Source: an uncultured bacterium
GTDB taxonomy: Bacteria; Acidobacteriota; HRBIN11; JAKEFK01
DNA: 64,000 bases
Direction: 5' to 3'
NCBI GenBank assembly: GCA_963777505.1
Contig: CAVZQN010000004.1
Location: 1,440,001 to 1,504,000 of the forward strand
Shown: one piece after another, positions 36,922 through 46,266 of the stretch
Layout of the letters: every line of letters begins with the position of its first letter
How positions within the stretch are numbered: position 1 is the first letter of the stretch
Notes under the pieces: model-generated
Database searches by the model: none
The model's input: only the letters and a program-made list of their open reading frames with translations
Told to the model about the DNA's origin: nothing
Program-made: the position numbers and the translations under genes

Positions 36922-39900
36922 CTAATTTATGACAATGCTATTGAAAAGCCCAGTTGAGCCTTTAACTCGAAAGCCGAAGGTTCCTGAAGGCACTCCTACC
37001 GCTGACATTGTAATTACCGAGACATTGTCGATAAATACTTCAAAAGTCGTTCCATTAAAGGTGATACGGGCTGTGTAATTCGTTCCTGGAATGATTGTGC
37101 TATTTGCCTTGCTCTTTGCAACTACAGTTTTATTGACACGCTGGCGTAGAGTCCACGAATCTTTATCTTCTCGCATCATCAATTCTACAAAGGTTCCGTT
37201 ATCAACGTGCCAGCCAAGAATATAAACACGACTTCCTGCTCCGCCAGCGCTTTGAAGAACGACTTCTACGGTGCAGGTACTGCAGCCAGAAGCAAATATA
37301 GGAGTGGCTAAAATTTCTGCTTTTTTGTTGCCTGGTGTTCCGCTCATAGCTCCGGCAGTCTCAACCCATGCAGGTTTCATGATGGTCCAATCTGCAGGGA
37401 AGACGCCATCATTGAAATCGTCACACAAAAGGCATGCACTTGGGTCCTGAACTTGTGTCGTTTCAGAATCTGAATTGTTACCCGGAATTGGATCCGTTTC
37501 GTTTGCGGTTACGCTCGCACTATTACTAATGCTGCCTGCAGCCGTTGTGGTTACCACGATTTGTACACTTGTATTTGCACTCGCACCTAAATTGCCGATT
37601 GTGCATGTCACAATGCCACTTGTGTGTGAACATCCAGGGCTAGCAGATACAAAAGTCACGGATACAGGCAAAGTATCGGTGACTGTAACTCCGGTCGCAT
37701 CTTCAGGGCCATTGTTTGTGACCTGTAGTGTGTACGTGACGTTATTTCCAATTTCTACTGGATCCGCGCTATCCGACTTGACCAGTGAAAGATTGCTTCC
37801 CGTTAATGGTGAGACGACTGTCGATTCAATATCTGTATTGTTATTGGAGTTGAGATCATTTTGATTTGCACTTGCAGTGATGTAATTTGTGATGTTTCCG
37901 GCTGTGGTTGGCATGACAACAATTGTGAATTGAACGTTTGCTCCATTGTTCATGTTATTTAAATTGCACGTAACAATCCCACTGTTGTGGGTACAGCCTG
38001 GATGCGAAGCAGAGATAAATGTCGCTCCCGCAGGTAGTTCATCGATAACTCTGACACCGGATGCCTGGTTGGGGCCCATGTTTGTGACGTTAACGGTGTA
38101 TGTTAACGAAGTGTTCTGCAAAACAGGATCAGGGCTGTCCGTGACAGTCAGTGCAAGATCTGAATTCGTGGCTGTAAACCGATAAACGGCTCCATTGTGA
38201 TTGAGTATATAGAGTTCACCATTTTCATCTTCACCGAAACCAGAGATCAAAAATGTCGTTCCGATCGATGAACCTTTAGTCCAGTCTCCGTTCGATGATT
38301 GCGTCCCTCCCCAAACGGTTCCGACACAATAGTCACCGAACCAATAACGGCCATAAATTTGTGGAACATTATTTCCACGGTATCGGTATCCACCACTAAC
38401 TGAACATCCGGTACCATGATCGTAATCCATAATTGGAAGTTTTCTGTTGGCAGTCTGGCAGCCTGGATTCGGTTCATGGCAAAATCTTCCTTCCATATCA
38501 TCCCAACCCCAATTGATACCACCAGGAGTTCCCGCTGCTTGAAGATCAATTTCTTCCCATTGATTCTGTCCAACATCACCAATAAACATGTCACCGGTGA
38601 CACGATCAAAACTATAACGCCAGGGATTTCGCATGCCGTACGCCCAAATTTCATCTCTCCCAGGAATTGAACCAGCGAACGGATTGTCAGGTGGAATTGT
38701 GTATGTGCCTGTACCATTGCCTACATCGATACGAAGTATCTTGCCAAGCAATTCATTAATATCCTGACCATTTTCACCAGGATCTCCAGCGCCACCGCCA
38801 TCACCCGTTCCAATATATAAATTATCATCCGGACCGAATTGAAGTTGTCCTCCGTTATGATTGAGTTGGTTCGGATGGGGAATGGTGAGAATCGGTAATC
38901 CAGAATTTGGATTGCCCTGGTTCGCATTCAATCTTGAGTATCGTGAGACTACGTTGTCGCCATTATTATTTGTGTAATAAACATAAAAAAATCCATTGTT
39001 CACATAATTCGGATGGAAAGCGACACTTAATAATCCTTCTTCATTTCCAGAATCGCGAACAACATCTTGAATGTCCATGAATTCCGAAAGTGTTGTTCCG
39101 TTCCAAACACTAATAACACCTGGTTGTTCTGTGATAAAAAGACGACCGGAGCCGTCACCTGCATGAGTGAGTGCAACTGGCTTGGTCAAATTTGAAGTTA
39201 TGATTGATTGGAAGCTCAGCGTAAATGGTCCGATCGGAGCTTTATCAGGTGACCAAATCGGACCTGCAGGATTCCCTCCAAAATTGCGTATTCCATCGCT
39301 ATTTCCGGGACTAGCATCCATGATTGTGTTTCCACTTCCTTCATCAAAATGGTAGACCGCTGCTGTATTTGCATCAGAATTCGGAAACGTCGCAGAGGGA
39401 CGAGTAAAATTTGCCGTATAACGGAGGTTCGTAGAAAGTCTAACTTCATCGATCCATCCGTTGTATGAAGGGAATTGCGGACCTGCATCATGTTTTTCAG
39501 CGCCAATTACAAGGAATGGATCGTTTGGAAATGTAGTCGGACGATTGTTTTGATAACTGATGTCGCCAATCGGTCCAGTTGCAAGATGAGCATCCAGAAC
39601 TCCATCAACATAAAGTTGGAGTCTGCCATCGGAAAAACGCCGGGTCACAGCAATATGATGCCATTGGCTATCGGCAACATTTGTGCCTCCGCAGATTCCA
39701 TGTCCGGCTCCGGCTGATTCACTAAAAATCCCAAACGCAATCCCATCACTAAAGAGAGAAATTCCGTAATCGCCATTTTCTCCAGGTCCGAAAATATCTC
39801 GATCAAAAATAATGTTGCCGTTAATCCACCCATCATTTCCACCGATGCAATTACCGGCTCCGTTATCACCGGGGTTCGCTTTCATCCAAAATTCGATTGT

Positions 39901-40089
39901 GAAATCACCGGAACCAATGTCTGCTGGAACCGCAGGATTGTCGATCCGGATTTTTACTCGATCAATGTCATTGGTTCCATTTCCAAAGAAGCGCAATGAA
40001 TAACCCGCACTCCATAGCGGCCCGCCATAAAGTAAGAATGCAGCTATAGCGAACAAACTAAAGTAACTTTTGATTTTGGGTTGCTTCAC
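36922..40089 (-). CDS. Secreted LamG + PQQ-dependent glucose/sorbosone dehydrogenase propeller + 2x DUF11 + shared 170-aa C-terminal domain
   Basis: DFTIEFW..QWHHIAVT..GWIDEVR; EEGLLSVAFHP, NHNGGQLQFGPD, YGMRNPWR; two DSPDPV..TYTxxVTNxGP units. Confidence 0.9.
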   Translation of the reverse strand: MKQPKIKSYFSLFAIAAFLLYGGPLWSAGYSLRFFGNGTNDIDRVKIRIDNPAVPADIGSGDFTIEFWMKANPGDNGAGNCIGGNDGWINGNIIFDRDIFGPGENGDYGISLFSDGIAFGIFSESAGAGHGICGGTNVADSQWHHIAVTRRFSDGRLQLYVDGVLDAHLATGPIGDISYQNNRPTTFPNDPFLVIGAEKHDAGPQFPSYNGWIDEVRLSTNLRYTANFTRPSATFPNSDANTAAVYHFDEGSGNTIMDASPGNSDGIRNFGGNPAGPIWSPDKAPIGPFTLSFQSIITSNLTKPVALTHAGDGSGRLFITEQPGVISVWNGTTLSEFMDIQDVVRDSGNEEGLLSVAFHPNYVNNGFFYVYYTNNNGDNVVSRYSRLNANQGNPNSGLPILTIPHPNQLNHNGGQLQFGPDDNLYIGTGDGGGAGDPGENGQDINELLGKILRIDVGNGTGTYTIPPDNPFAGSIPGRDEIWAYGMRNPWRYSFDRVTGDMFIGDVGQNQWEEIDLQAAGTPGGINWGWDDMEGRFCHEPNPGCQTANRKLPIMDYDHGTGCSVSGGYRYRGNNVPQIYGRYWFGDYCVGTVWGGTQSSNGDWTKGSSIGTTFLISGFGEDENGELYILNHNGAVYRFTATNSDLALTVTDSPDPVLQNTSLTYTVNVTNMGPNQASGVRVIDELPAGATFISASHPGCTHNSGIVTCNLNNMNNGANVQFTIVVMPTTAGNITNYITASANQNDLNSNNNTDIESTVVSPLTGSNLSLVKSDSADPVEIGNNVTYTLQVTNNGPEDATGVTVTDTLPVSVTFVSASPGCSHTSGIVTCTIGNLGASANTSVQIVVTTTAAGSISNSASVTANETDPIPGNNSDSETTQVQDPSACLLCDDFNDGVFPADWTIMKPAWVETAGAMSGTPGNKKAEILATPIFASGCSTCTVEVVLQSAGGAGSRVYILGWHVDNGTFVELMMREDKDSWTLRQRVNKTVVAKSKANSTIIPGTNYTARITFNGTTFEVFIDNVSVITMSAVGVPSGTFGFRVKGSTGLFNSIVIN

Positions 40090-40137
40090 TTGGAATGGAC
40101 CTCCGATAATAGTGGGGGCTCTGGCGTTCAGAGTGTA

Positions 40138-40512
40138 TCAAAGGACAGCGATTGCGTCTATTTCCAAACGTGCTCCCTTCGGAAGGCGTGCTGCTTCAAC
40201 GGTTGATCTCGCAGGATAAGGTTCTTTAAAATATTCAGCATAAACCTGGTTCACTGCTTCAAAGTCGCCTAGGTCGGCTAGAAAAATTGTAGTTTTTACA
40301 ACGTGATCGAAAGTAACGCCAGCTTTTTCAAGAACATGTTTCAGATTGCTCATGACCTGGCGGGTTTGAGTCGCAATATCACCTTCATTCATTTTGCCTT
40401 CTGGTGACAGTGGAATTTGTCCGGCAAGAAATAAAAAGCCTCCAGCCTGTGTAACTTGAGAATAAGGACCTACAGGTTTTGGCGCTTGATCTGTCATATA
40501 TGCCTTCTTCAT
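40138..40512 (-). CDS. RidA family enamine/imine deaminase
   Basis: APKPVGPYSQ, AGQIP, PARSTV, LPKGARLEIDAIA. Confidence 0.95.
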   Translation of the reverse strand: MKKAYMTDQAPKPVGPYSQVTQAGGFLFLAGQIPLSPEGKMNEGDIATQTRQVMSNLKHVLEKAGVTFDHVVKTTIFLADLGDFEAVNQVYAEYFKEPYPARSTVEAARLPKGARLEIDAIAVL

Positions 40513-40548
40513 GATTCCTCCTAGTTGAATGCTATTTAATCATCTTTT

Positions 40549-40608
40549 TTAACGCAGAGAACGCCGAGTCAATGTTTAAAAATTTTTTCTCGGCGTACTC
40601 GGCGTTAA
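40549..40608. repeat. Inverted pair of nonamer-family repeats
   Basis: TTAACGCAGAGAACGCCGAG ... CTCGGCGTACTCGGCGTTAA. Confidence 0.8.
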
Positions 40609-40617
40609 TAGAGCCCA

Positions 40618-42357
40618 TTAAATTCGTTTGAAGTTTTTTGCAATTTCGTAATGGCTGATTCGCAGAATGATTGGTCGTCCATGAGGGCAAACCTGGGGAG
40701 TTGCCGTTTGAAGCAATCCGTCAACAAGGTATTCCATTTTCTCGCGCGTGAGAGGCATATTAATTTTGATTGCTGCCTGGCATGCCATCGATTTTCTCAT
40801 TTCATCTGCAAAGGATTCCAAAAGTCCATCTCGATATAAGCGTTCCATTTCGTTTAGAAAACGTTGTACTGCATTTGAATAGTTTGAATCCAGTAACAGT
40901 TCAGGTATTTCTTTTACTGCTACTGTGTTATTTCCAAAAACTTCCATTTCAATTCCGAGTTCACGAAAACGGTCCATGTATTCTTCGAGTAGCATCATTT
41001 GGGCAGGATTCACATCCAGGATCAATGGAATCAAAAGAGCCTGTGTGCGGATTTGACTTTGTTCGTGTTGTTCCAAAATTCTTTCATATAAGATTCGTTC
41101 GTGTGCGACATGTTGATCGATCAAGATGAGTCCGCCTTCATCCGACATAACTACATAGGTATTGTCGTATTGTCCGATAATTTTATATTCGCCCTGTGAA
41201 GGCATTTTCCGCGCAGGAGGGGAGGGCATCTGCATAGGAGGTCCGGATGGTACTTCATCCATTGAGTTAGAAAACGGAGAAGGTAACGATTGCGAATCCG
41301 AAAGTCTTAGTTCGGGGCCCGAATACCGCGGAAGGGTTTCAGATTGAAATTGAAAACTTGGCAGTGGGCGTGCCGTATTCAATAATTTCTGAATCGAATC
41401 GATGATTCCTTTTTGAACGAGAACTTGCTGTAGAAACCGGACTTCATATTTTGCAGGATGCACGTTCACATCCACCATTGTGGATGGCATATCAAGAAAC
41501 AGAAATGCAACCGGATATTGTCCCGTTTGTGCATATACGCGATATGCAATATAGATGGAATTTGCAAGAACTTTGTCTTTTACATACCTTCGATTAATAA
41601 AGAAATATTGATAATTCCGGCTTGTTTTTAATGAGTCGGGGCTGCTGACAAATCCTCGCAATCTGTAATGAAAGAGTGTTTCATCGAGTTCCAAAACATT
41701 TTCCAGTAATTCCGCTCCGAAGACTTGAAAGAAACGCTCACGCAAAGAAGCAGTAGCAGGGCAGTTTAGGATTTCTCTGCCATCGAGTGTGTAGTTGAAT
41801 GAAATTTCCGGATATGCAAGTGCAAAAGCATTCATGATGTGTGTAATAGTTCCGGCTTCAACATGATCGCTTTTTAAGAATTTTTTGCGCGCTGGTGTGT
41901 TGTAAAAAAGATTTCGCGCTTCAAGAGTCGTACCCGGCGGCATTGCGATAGGCTGTTTGTTCTGACATCTTCCATTGACAAGGAAGAGCGAAATTCCTGC
42001 ATCTTGATCGGAACGACGCGTACGCAAACTCACTTGTGCAACCGCTGCAATAGAGGCTAATGCTTCGCCACGAAATCCCATTGTTCCGATTTGATGCAAA
42101 TCATCAGAGGAATTTATCTTGCTCGTCGCATGGCGTTCAAATGCAAGAATCGCATCTTCTTCTGACATCCCTTTGCCATTATCAGAGACCCGAATCAGTT
42201 GTTTTCCACCTCTCTCAATATCAACCCTGATATCTGTCGAACCAGCATCAAGTGAGTTCTCAACAACTTCTTTCACGATGGAAACCGGACGTTCTATGAT
42301 TTCTCCGGCTGCGATTTGATTTACGACAGAATCGGGAAGTACGTGAATTTCACCCAT
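40618..42357 (-). CDS. mutL: DNA mismatch repair endonuclease MutL
   Basis: NQIAAGE, ENSLDAG, GFRGEAL, DVNVHPAK, DQHVAHER, ACQAAIK, CPHGRP. Confidence 0.98.
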   Translation of the reverse strand: MGEIHVLPDSVVNQIAAGEIIERPVSIVKEVVENSLDAGSTDIRVDIERGGKQLIRVSDNGKGMSEEDAILAFERHATSKINSSDDLHQIGTMGFRGEALASIAAVAQVSLRTRRSDQDAGISLFLVNGRCQNKQPIAMPPGTTLEARNLFYNTPARKKFLKSDHVEAGTITHIMNAFALAYPEISFNYTLDGREILNCPATASLRERFFQVFGAELLENVLELDETLFHYRLRGFVSSPDSLKTSRNYQYFFINRRYVKDKVLANSIYIAYRVYAQTGQYPVAFLFLDMPSTMVDVNVHPAKYEVRFLQQVLVQKGIIDSIQKLLNTARPLPSFQFQSETLPRYSGPELRLSDSQSLPSPFSNSMDEVPSGPPMQMPSPPARKMPSQGEYKIIGQYDNTYVVMSDEGGLILIDQHVAHERILYERILEQHEQSQIRTQALLIPLILDVNPAQMMLLEEYMDRFRELGIEMEVFGNNTVAVKEIPELLLDSNYSNAVQRFLNEMERLYRDGLLESFADEMRKSMACQAAIKINMPLTREKMEYLVDGLLQTATPQVCPHGRPIILRISHYEIAKNFKRI

Positions 42358-42445
42358 TGATTAAAACAATATCATGTTAACCGTAGAGACACCGAGTGCA
42401 AATGGCCTTGTTGATTTTCGGAAGTCAGTCAATTATGTTCTAGTA

Positions 42446-42868
42446 ATGCGTAATGTGATTTCACTACTTCTTTTTATAATTCTCCTGGTGGGATGCTCTT
42501 CTCACCAACCACAAACGGAACAATCTAGCGGAGATGGTCCACGTTTGAAATTAAGCGCTTTCCCGCGTCAAGGATTTGCACCGATGCGAGTTTCATTAAA
42601 TGCGAGTCTGGAAGGTGTTTCAAAAACGGATGCAGAACATTATTGTCTGCAGGAAGAGTGGGAATTTGGAGACGGTGCAGTATCAAGTGAGCAACCGGAT
42701 TGTGCACCAATCGGTGAAGATGGCAATGAAGTTAAGATCGAGTTTTTCGCTGAGCATGTTTATTCAGAAGCGGGGAATTACACAATTTGGTTCACTCTGG
42801 GTGACAAAAAACTCAAATCCAATCAGATCGCAGTCGTTGTTCTGGAAAGCGACATCGGCCCTAATTAA
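42446..42868 (+). CDS. PKD-domain lipoprotein
   Basis: LLVGC lipobox from ATG 42446; WEFGDG..HVYSEAGNY. Confidence 0.8.
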   Translation: MRNVISLLLFIILLVGCSSHQPQTEQSSGDGPRLKLSAFPRQGFAPMRVSLNASLEGVSKTDAEHYCLQEEWEFGDGAVSSEQPDCAPIGEDGNEVKIEFFAEHVYSEAGNYTIWFTLGDKKLKSNQIAVVVLESDIGPN

Positions 42869-42874
42869 TATCGG

Positions 42875-44200
42875 ATGAGTTTGCGCAGGAAATTGCCGCT
42901 CATCGCCATTGTCGGACGTCCCAACGTCGGAAAATCAACGCTCTTTAATCGCATCAGTGGAAAACACCGCGCTCTGGTTTCGAAAGAACCAGGAATGACG
43001 CGTGACAGACGTTTTGAACTTGCGGATTGGACCGGCCGATATTTCGAAATAGTTGATACCGGTGGAATGCAAGGTGAGCAAGATGTGATCTCCCTCCAAA
43101 TTTCAATACAAGTAAAAAAAGCAATTCAAGCTTCAGACCTTGTGCTTTTTGTTGTTGATGGAAGGGAAGGTTTGACTGCTCGCGATGAAGATATTGCAAG
43201 CTTTCTCAGACGTACAGGTTTACCTGTTTTGCTCCTTGTTAATAAAGTAGATGTGCCTGCACGGGATGATCTTGCTGCAGAATTTCATAAGCTGGGTTTT
43301 CCTGAAGTTTTTCCCGTATCTGCTGAACATGGTTACAGTGTTGATGAAGTTCTGGATCGTGCAATTGAACTGCTTGAAATAAAACAAACCGATCGACCGC
43401 CACGTGATGAATCAATTTCTGTTGCTATTTTAGGCAAACCAAATGCTGGCAAATCGACGTTCCTGAATCATTTGCTCGGTGAAGAACGCCTCGTTACGAG
43501 TGAAATTCCAGGGACCACCCGCGACACGATCGATCTCGATGTAATGTATGGCGAAACCCATTACAAGTTCATTGATACGGCAGGAATTCGAAAAAAAGGC
43601 CAAACGAAGACTCTTCCTGACAAACTCGCAGTCATTCATGCACGTCAATCGTTGGGACGCGCTGAAATTGCCTGCATCATGATTGATTCAAAAGAAGGGA
43701 TTACCCATCAGGATGCAGTCGTAGCCGGTTATGCCCTGGAAGAAGGAAAAGCCATGGTTTTGCTCTTCAATAAAATAGATCTTTTAGACGCTGAGCAAAG
43801 AAAGGCTCTTGAAAAAGAGGCGGATTCCAAACTACAATTCATTCGTTTTGTACCACGTCTCTATGTTTCGGCAAAGACAGGATTGAATATTCGCAAAGTA
43901 TTTCCTGTTTTGCAGAAAGTATCTGAGTCGTATACAAAGAGGGTGACTACGGGGCAGTTGAATTCGTTTTTTGATAGTGTTCTCACGAACCGTTATCTGG
44001 GAAGTTACAGGGGAAAGCCGATTAAACTTAAGTACATAACACAGGCCACCGTAAAGCCACCCACATTTATTCTTTTCACAAACGCATCATCACAGCTTCA
44101 TTTCTCTCATCGCCGCTATCTCGAAAATCAACTGAGAAGTTATTTCGGCTTTGAAGGATCTCCGCTGCGAATCCGTGTGCGCGCAGGAAAAAGGAAGTAG
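42875..44200 (+). CDS. der: Ribosome biogenesis GTPase Der
   Basis: Two P-loops GRPNVGKS and GKPNAGKS, DTGG/DTAG, NKxD, FGFEGSP. Confidence 0.97.
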   Translation: MSLRRKLPLIAIVGRPNVGKSTLFNRISGKHRALVSKEPGMTRDRRFELADWTGRYFEIVDTGGMQGEQDVISLQISIQVKKAIQASDLVLFVVDGREGLTARDEDIASFLRRTGLPVLLLVNKVDVPARDDLAAEFHKLGFPEVFPVSAEHGYSVDEVLDRAIELLEIKQTDRPPRDESISVAILGKPNAGKSTFLNHLLGEERLVTSEIPGTTRDTIDLDVMYGETHYKFIDTAGIRKKGQTKTLPDKLAVIHARQSLGRAEIACIMIDSKEGITHQDAVVAGYALEEGKAMVLLFNKIDLLDAEQRKALEKEADSKLQFIRFVPRLYVSAKTGLNIRKVFPVLQKVSESYTKRVTTGQLNSFFDSVLTNRYLGSYRGKPIKLKYITQATVKPPTFILFTNASSQLHFSHRRYLENQLRSYFGFEGSPLRIRVRAGKRK

Positions 44201-44206
44201 GGGGAT

Positions 44207-45331
44207 ATGGTTTTATTTAATTACGGCACTCGAGAGCTTACGGCAAAGATTGTGTATTACGGGCCCGGTTTATGCGGAAAGACGACGAATCTGGAATTTA
44301 TTCACAAAACAATTCCGCAAAAAACGCGCGGCAAAATGTTATCACTTGCAACCAAAACAGATCGCACATTGTTTTTTGACTTTCTTCCAATCGAATTGGG
44401 TGCGATCCGTGGTATGAAAACAAAAATCCAGCTTTACACAGTTCCAGGTCAAGTCTTTTACGATGCCACTCGTAAACTTGTTTTAAAAGGTGCTGATGGC
44501 GTTGTATTTGTTGCGGATTCACAAAAAGAAATGATGGATTCAAATCTGGACAGCTGGGAAAATTTCAAAACAAATCTCAAAGAAAACGGGATAGACATTC
44601 GCACAATCCCTCTTGTCATTCAGTACAACAAAAGGGATCTTCCGAATGTCTTGTCTGTCAAAGAACTAAATGGAAAACTCAATGAATTTAATTCTCCATT
44701 TTTTGAAGCGGTCGCTCTTAGCGGCCAGGGGGTACAGGATACGTTAAAAGGAATTACAAAATTTGTCATGGAATCGCTTACGAAACGCTACAAGGCAAAA
44801 AAACCTTTGGAAGAACCTGCTCCGGCACCCGCGCCGAAAGTAGAAAAAGGACTGCCAAGCGTAGAGGAGGTTGTTCAAGAGGCAATGAAGCAAGTGAAAG
44901 CTTCAGCGCAAGCTCCAGTTGCTGCCCCTGTTTCTGCTCCGGTTCAAATTCCAGTTCAAGTTCCTGTTACAGAAATTGAAAGTAAACCGGTGGCTGCTGA
45001 TCTAGTGGCATTAGATGTTTCTGCAGAGGAATATGAAGAGCTGGAAGAGATCAGCGAATTGGCATCCGAGCCGGAACCTGCTGCGAAAAGGCAGCAAGGG
45101 GCTGTTGCAATTTCTCCAGAACCTGAACTGTCTGATGCGGAATTGCTGGATAGTTCGCAAGAGATTTTTCCGGATGACTCCGGAGCTCAGGAGAAAGTGA
45201 TTCAATTTGAATCTGCATCAGGCCGTTCGCAAGATGTAAGCGTTCCGATCGAAATTCGTGTTGGCCCGCCGGGTGAAGAAGTTAAACTTCAGATAGTTTT
45301 CGAACTCAAAATAAAAATACTGCCGAAGTAA
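44207..45331 (+). CDS. MglA-like small GTPase with long C-terminal extension
   Basis: KIVYYGPGLCGKTTN, RTLFFDF, YTVPGQ, QYNKRD, followed by a Pro/Ala/Glu-rich tail of about 180 aa. Confidence 0.9.
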   Translation: MVLFNYGTRELTAKIVYYGPGLCGKTTNLEFIHKTIPQKTRGKMLSLATKTDRTLFFDFLPIELGAIRGMKTKIQLYTVPGQVFYDATRKLVLKGADGVVFVADSQKEMMDSNLDSWENFKTNLKENGIDIRTIPLVIQYNKRDLPNVLSVKELNGKLNEFNSPFFEAVALSGQGVQDTLKGITKFVMESLTKRYKAKKPLEEPAPAPAPKVEKGLPSVEEVVQEAMKQVKASAQAPVAAPVSAPVQIPVQVPVTEIESKPVAADLVALDVSAEEYEELEEISELASEPEPAAKRQQGAVAISPEPELSDAELLDSSQEIFPDDSGAQEKVIQFESASGRSQDVSVPIEIRVGPPGEEVKLQIVFELKIKILPK

Positions 45332-45458
45332 TTTTACTTCCAGTGTGTGAGTTTGAAGACAGGCGAGTCTCTGGCATGATTGTATACTCATTGATCGAAA
45401 CCTGACGGCAAAACTATTCCTTTCCTAATCGATCTGTTTTAATGCAAAATAGTCGGCC

Positions 45459-46229
45459 ATGAAGTGGACCGTTCCGATCTTTATCGCTGTACTTTGCATA
45501 TCTCTCATTCTTTTTACCTTCTTCATTGATTCCGAAATCCTCATTTACTTTGGTAATGCTGTTCAAATCGGCTCATTAATCCTTGCTGCATTGAATGTGA
45601 GCATGGTTCGCAAGTTGTATGCAGCTGGAGATGAGCCGCGAAAAGCATGGGGCTGGCTTTCGACTGGACTCTTTCTATGGATCATTGCGCAGCTCATTGG
45701 ATCTTATCGTGAAATGGTGTTGGAAGAACTTCCGTATGGCGATTTTTCCGATGTGTTCTGGGTACTTGGTTATGTTCCGTTTTTTATCGGCCTGATTATT
45801 TTGATTCAAAGTTTTTCAAAAACAGGACTCCCTATTGTAAACAGGAAAAGTTACATGTGGATCGCAATCATCAGCATTTTCGTTTTCGTGGGGCTTTTTC
45901 TTTGGGTAATATGGCCCGAGTTAAAGGACCCAGAACGACCAGTTCCAACAAAACTGCTTGATGTTGCATACCCTGCGTTGGACATTTTGCTTCTAGCACT
46001 TTCTGCGGTTTTGCTTCAAATTTCATGGACTCTACGCGGTGGAAGTTTGGCTAATGCATGGCTGATGCTATGCATCGGATTTGCAATGTCAGCGATCGCT
46101 GATCTTCTTCTCATTCACATTTCAGAAATATCAACAGCATACCGGTATCTGGACGTACTCTATTTTTCTTCGTATTTTTCTATTGCAATTGCGGGGAGTA
46201 TTCAGGTTCGAACTTTGCGTTCATCCTGA
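45459..46229 (+). CDS. Stand-alone multi-TM sensor-like membrane protein
   Basis: About 8 hydrophobic segments, SDVFWVLGY, AYPALD. Confidence 0.7.
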   Translation: MKWTVPIFIAVLCISLILFTFFIDSEILIYFGNAVQIGSLILAALNVSMVRKLYAAGDEPRKAWGWLSTGLFLWIIAQLIGSYREMVLEELPYGDFSDVFWVLGYVPFFIGLIILIQSFSKTGLPIVNRKSYMWIAIISIFVFVGLFLWVIWPELKDPERPVPTKLLDVAYPALDILLLALSAVLLQISWTLRGGSLANAWLMLCIGFAMSAIADLLLIHISEISTAYRYLDVLYFSSYFSIAIAGSIQVRTLRSS

Positions 46230-46266
46230 AATACTGCCTAAAATAACCTGCATCCATAAAAAAATC

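Noticed and set aside
46081-46266. N-terminal extension of the photolyase in the ORF track
   Set aside because: It overlaps the upstream gene, and homology-like sequence begins near ATG 46267
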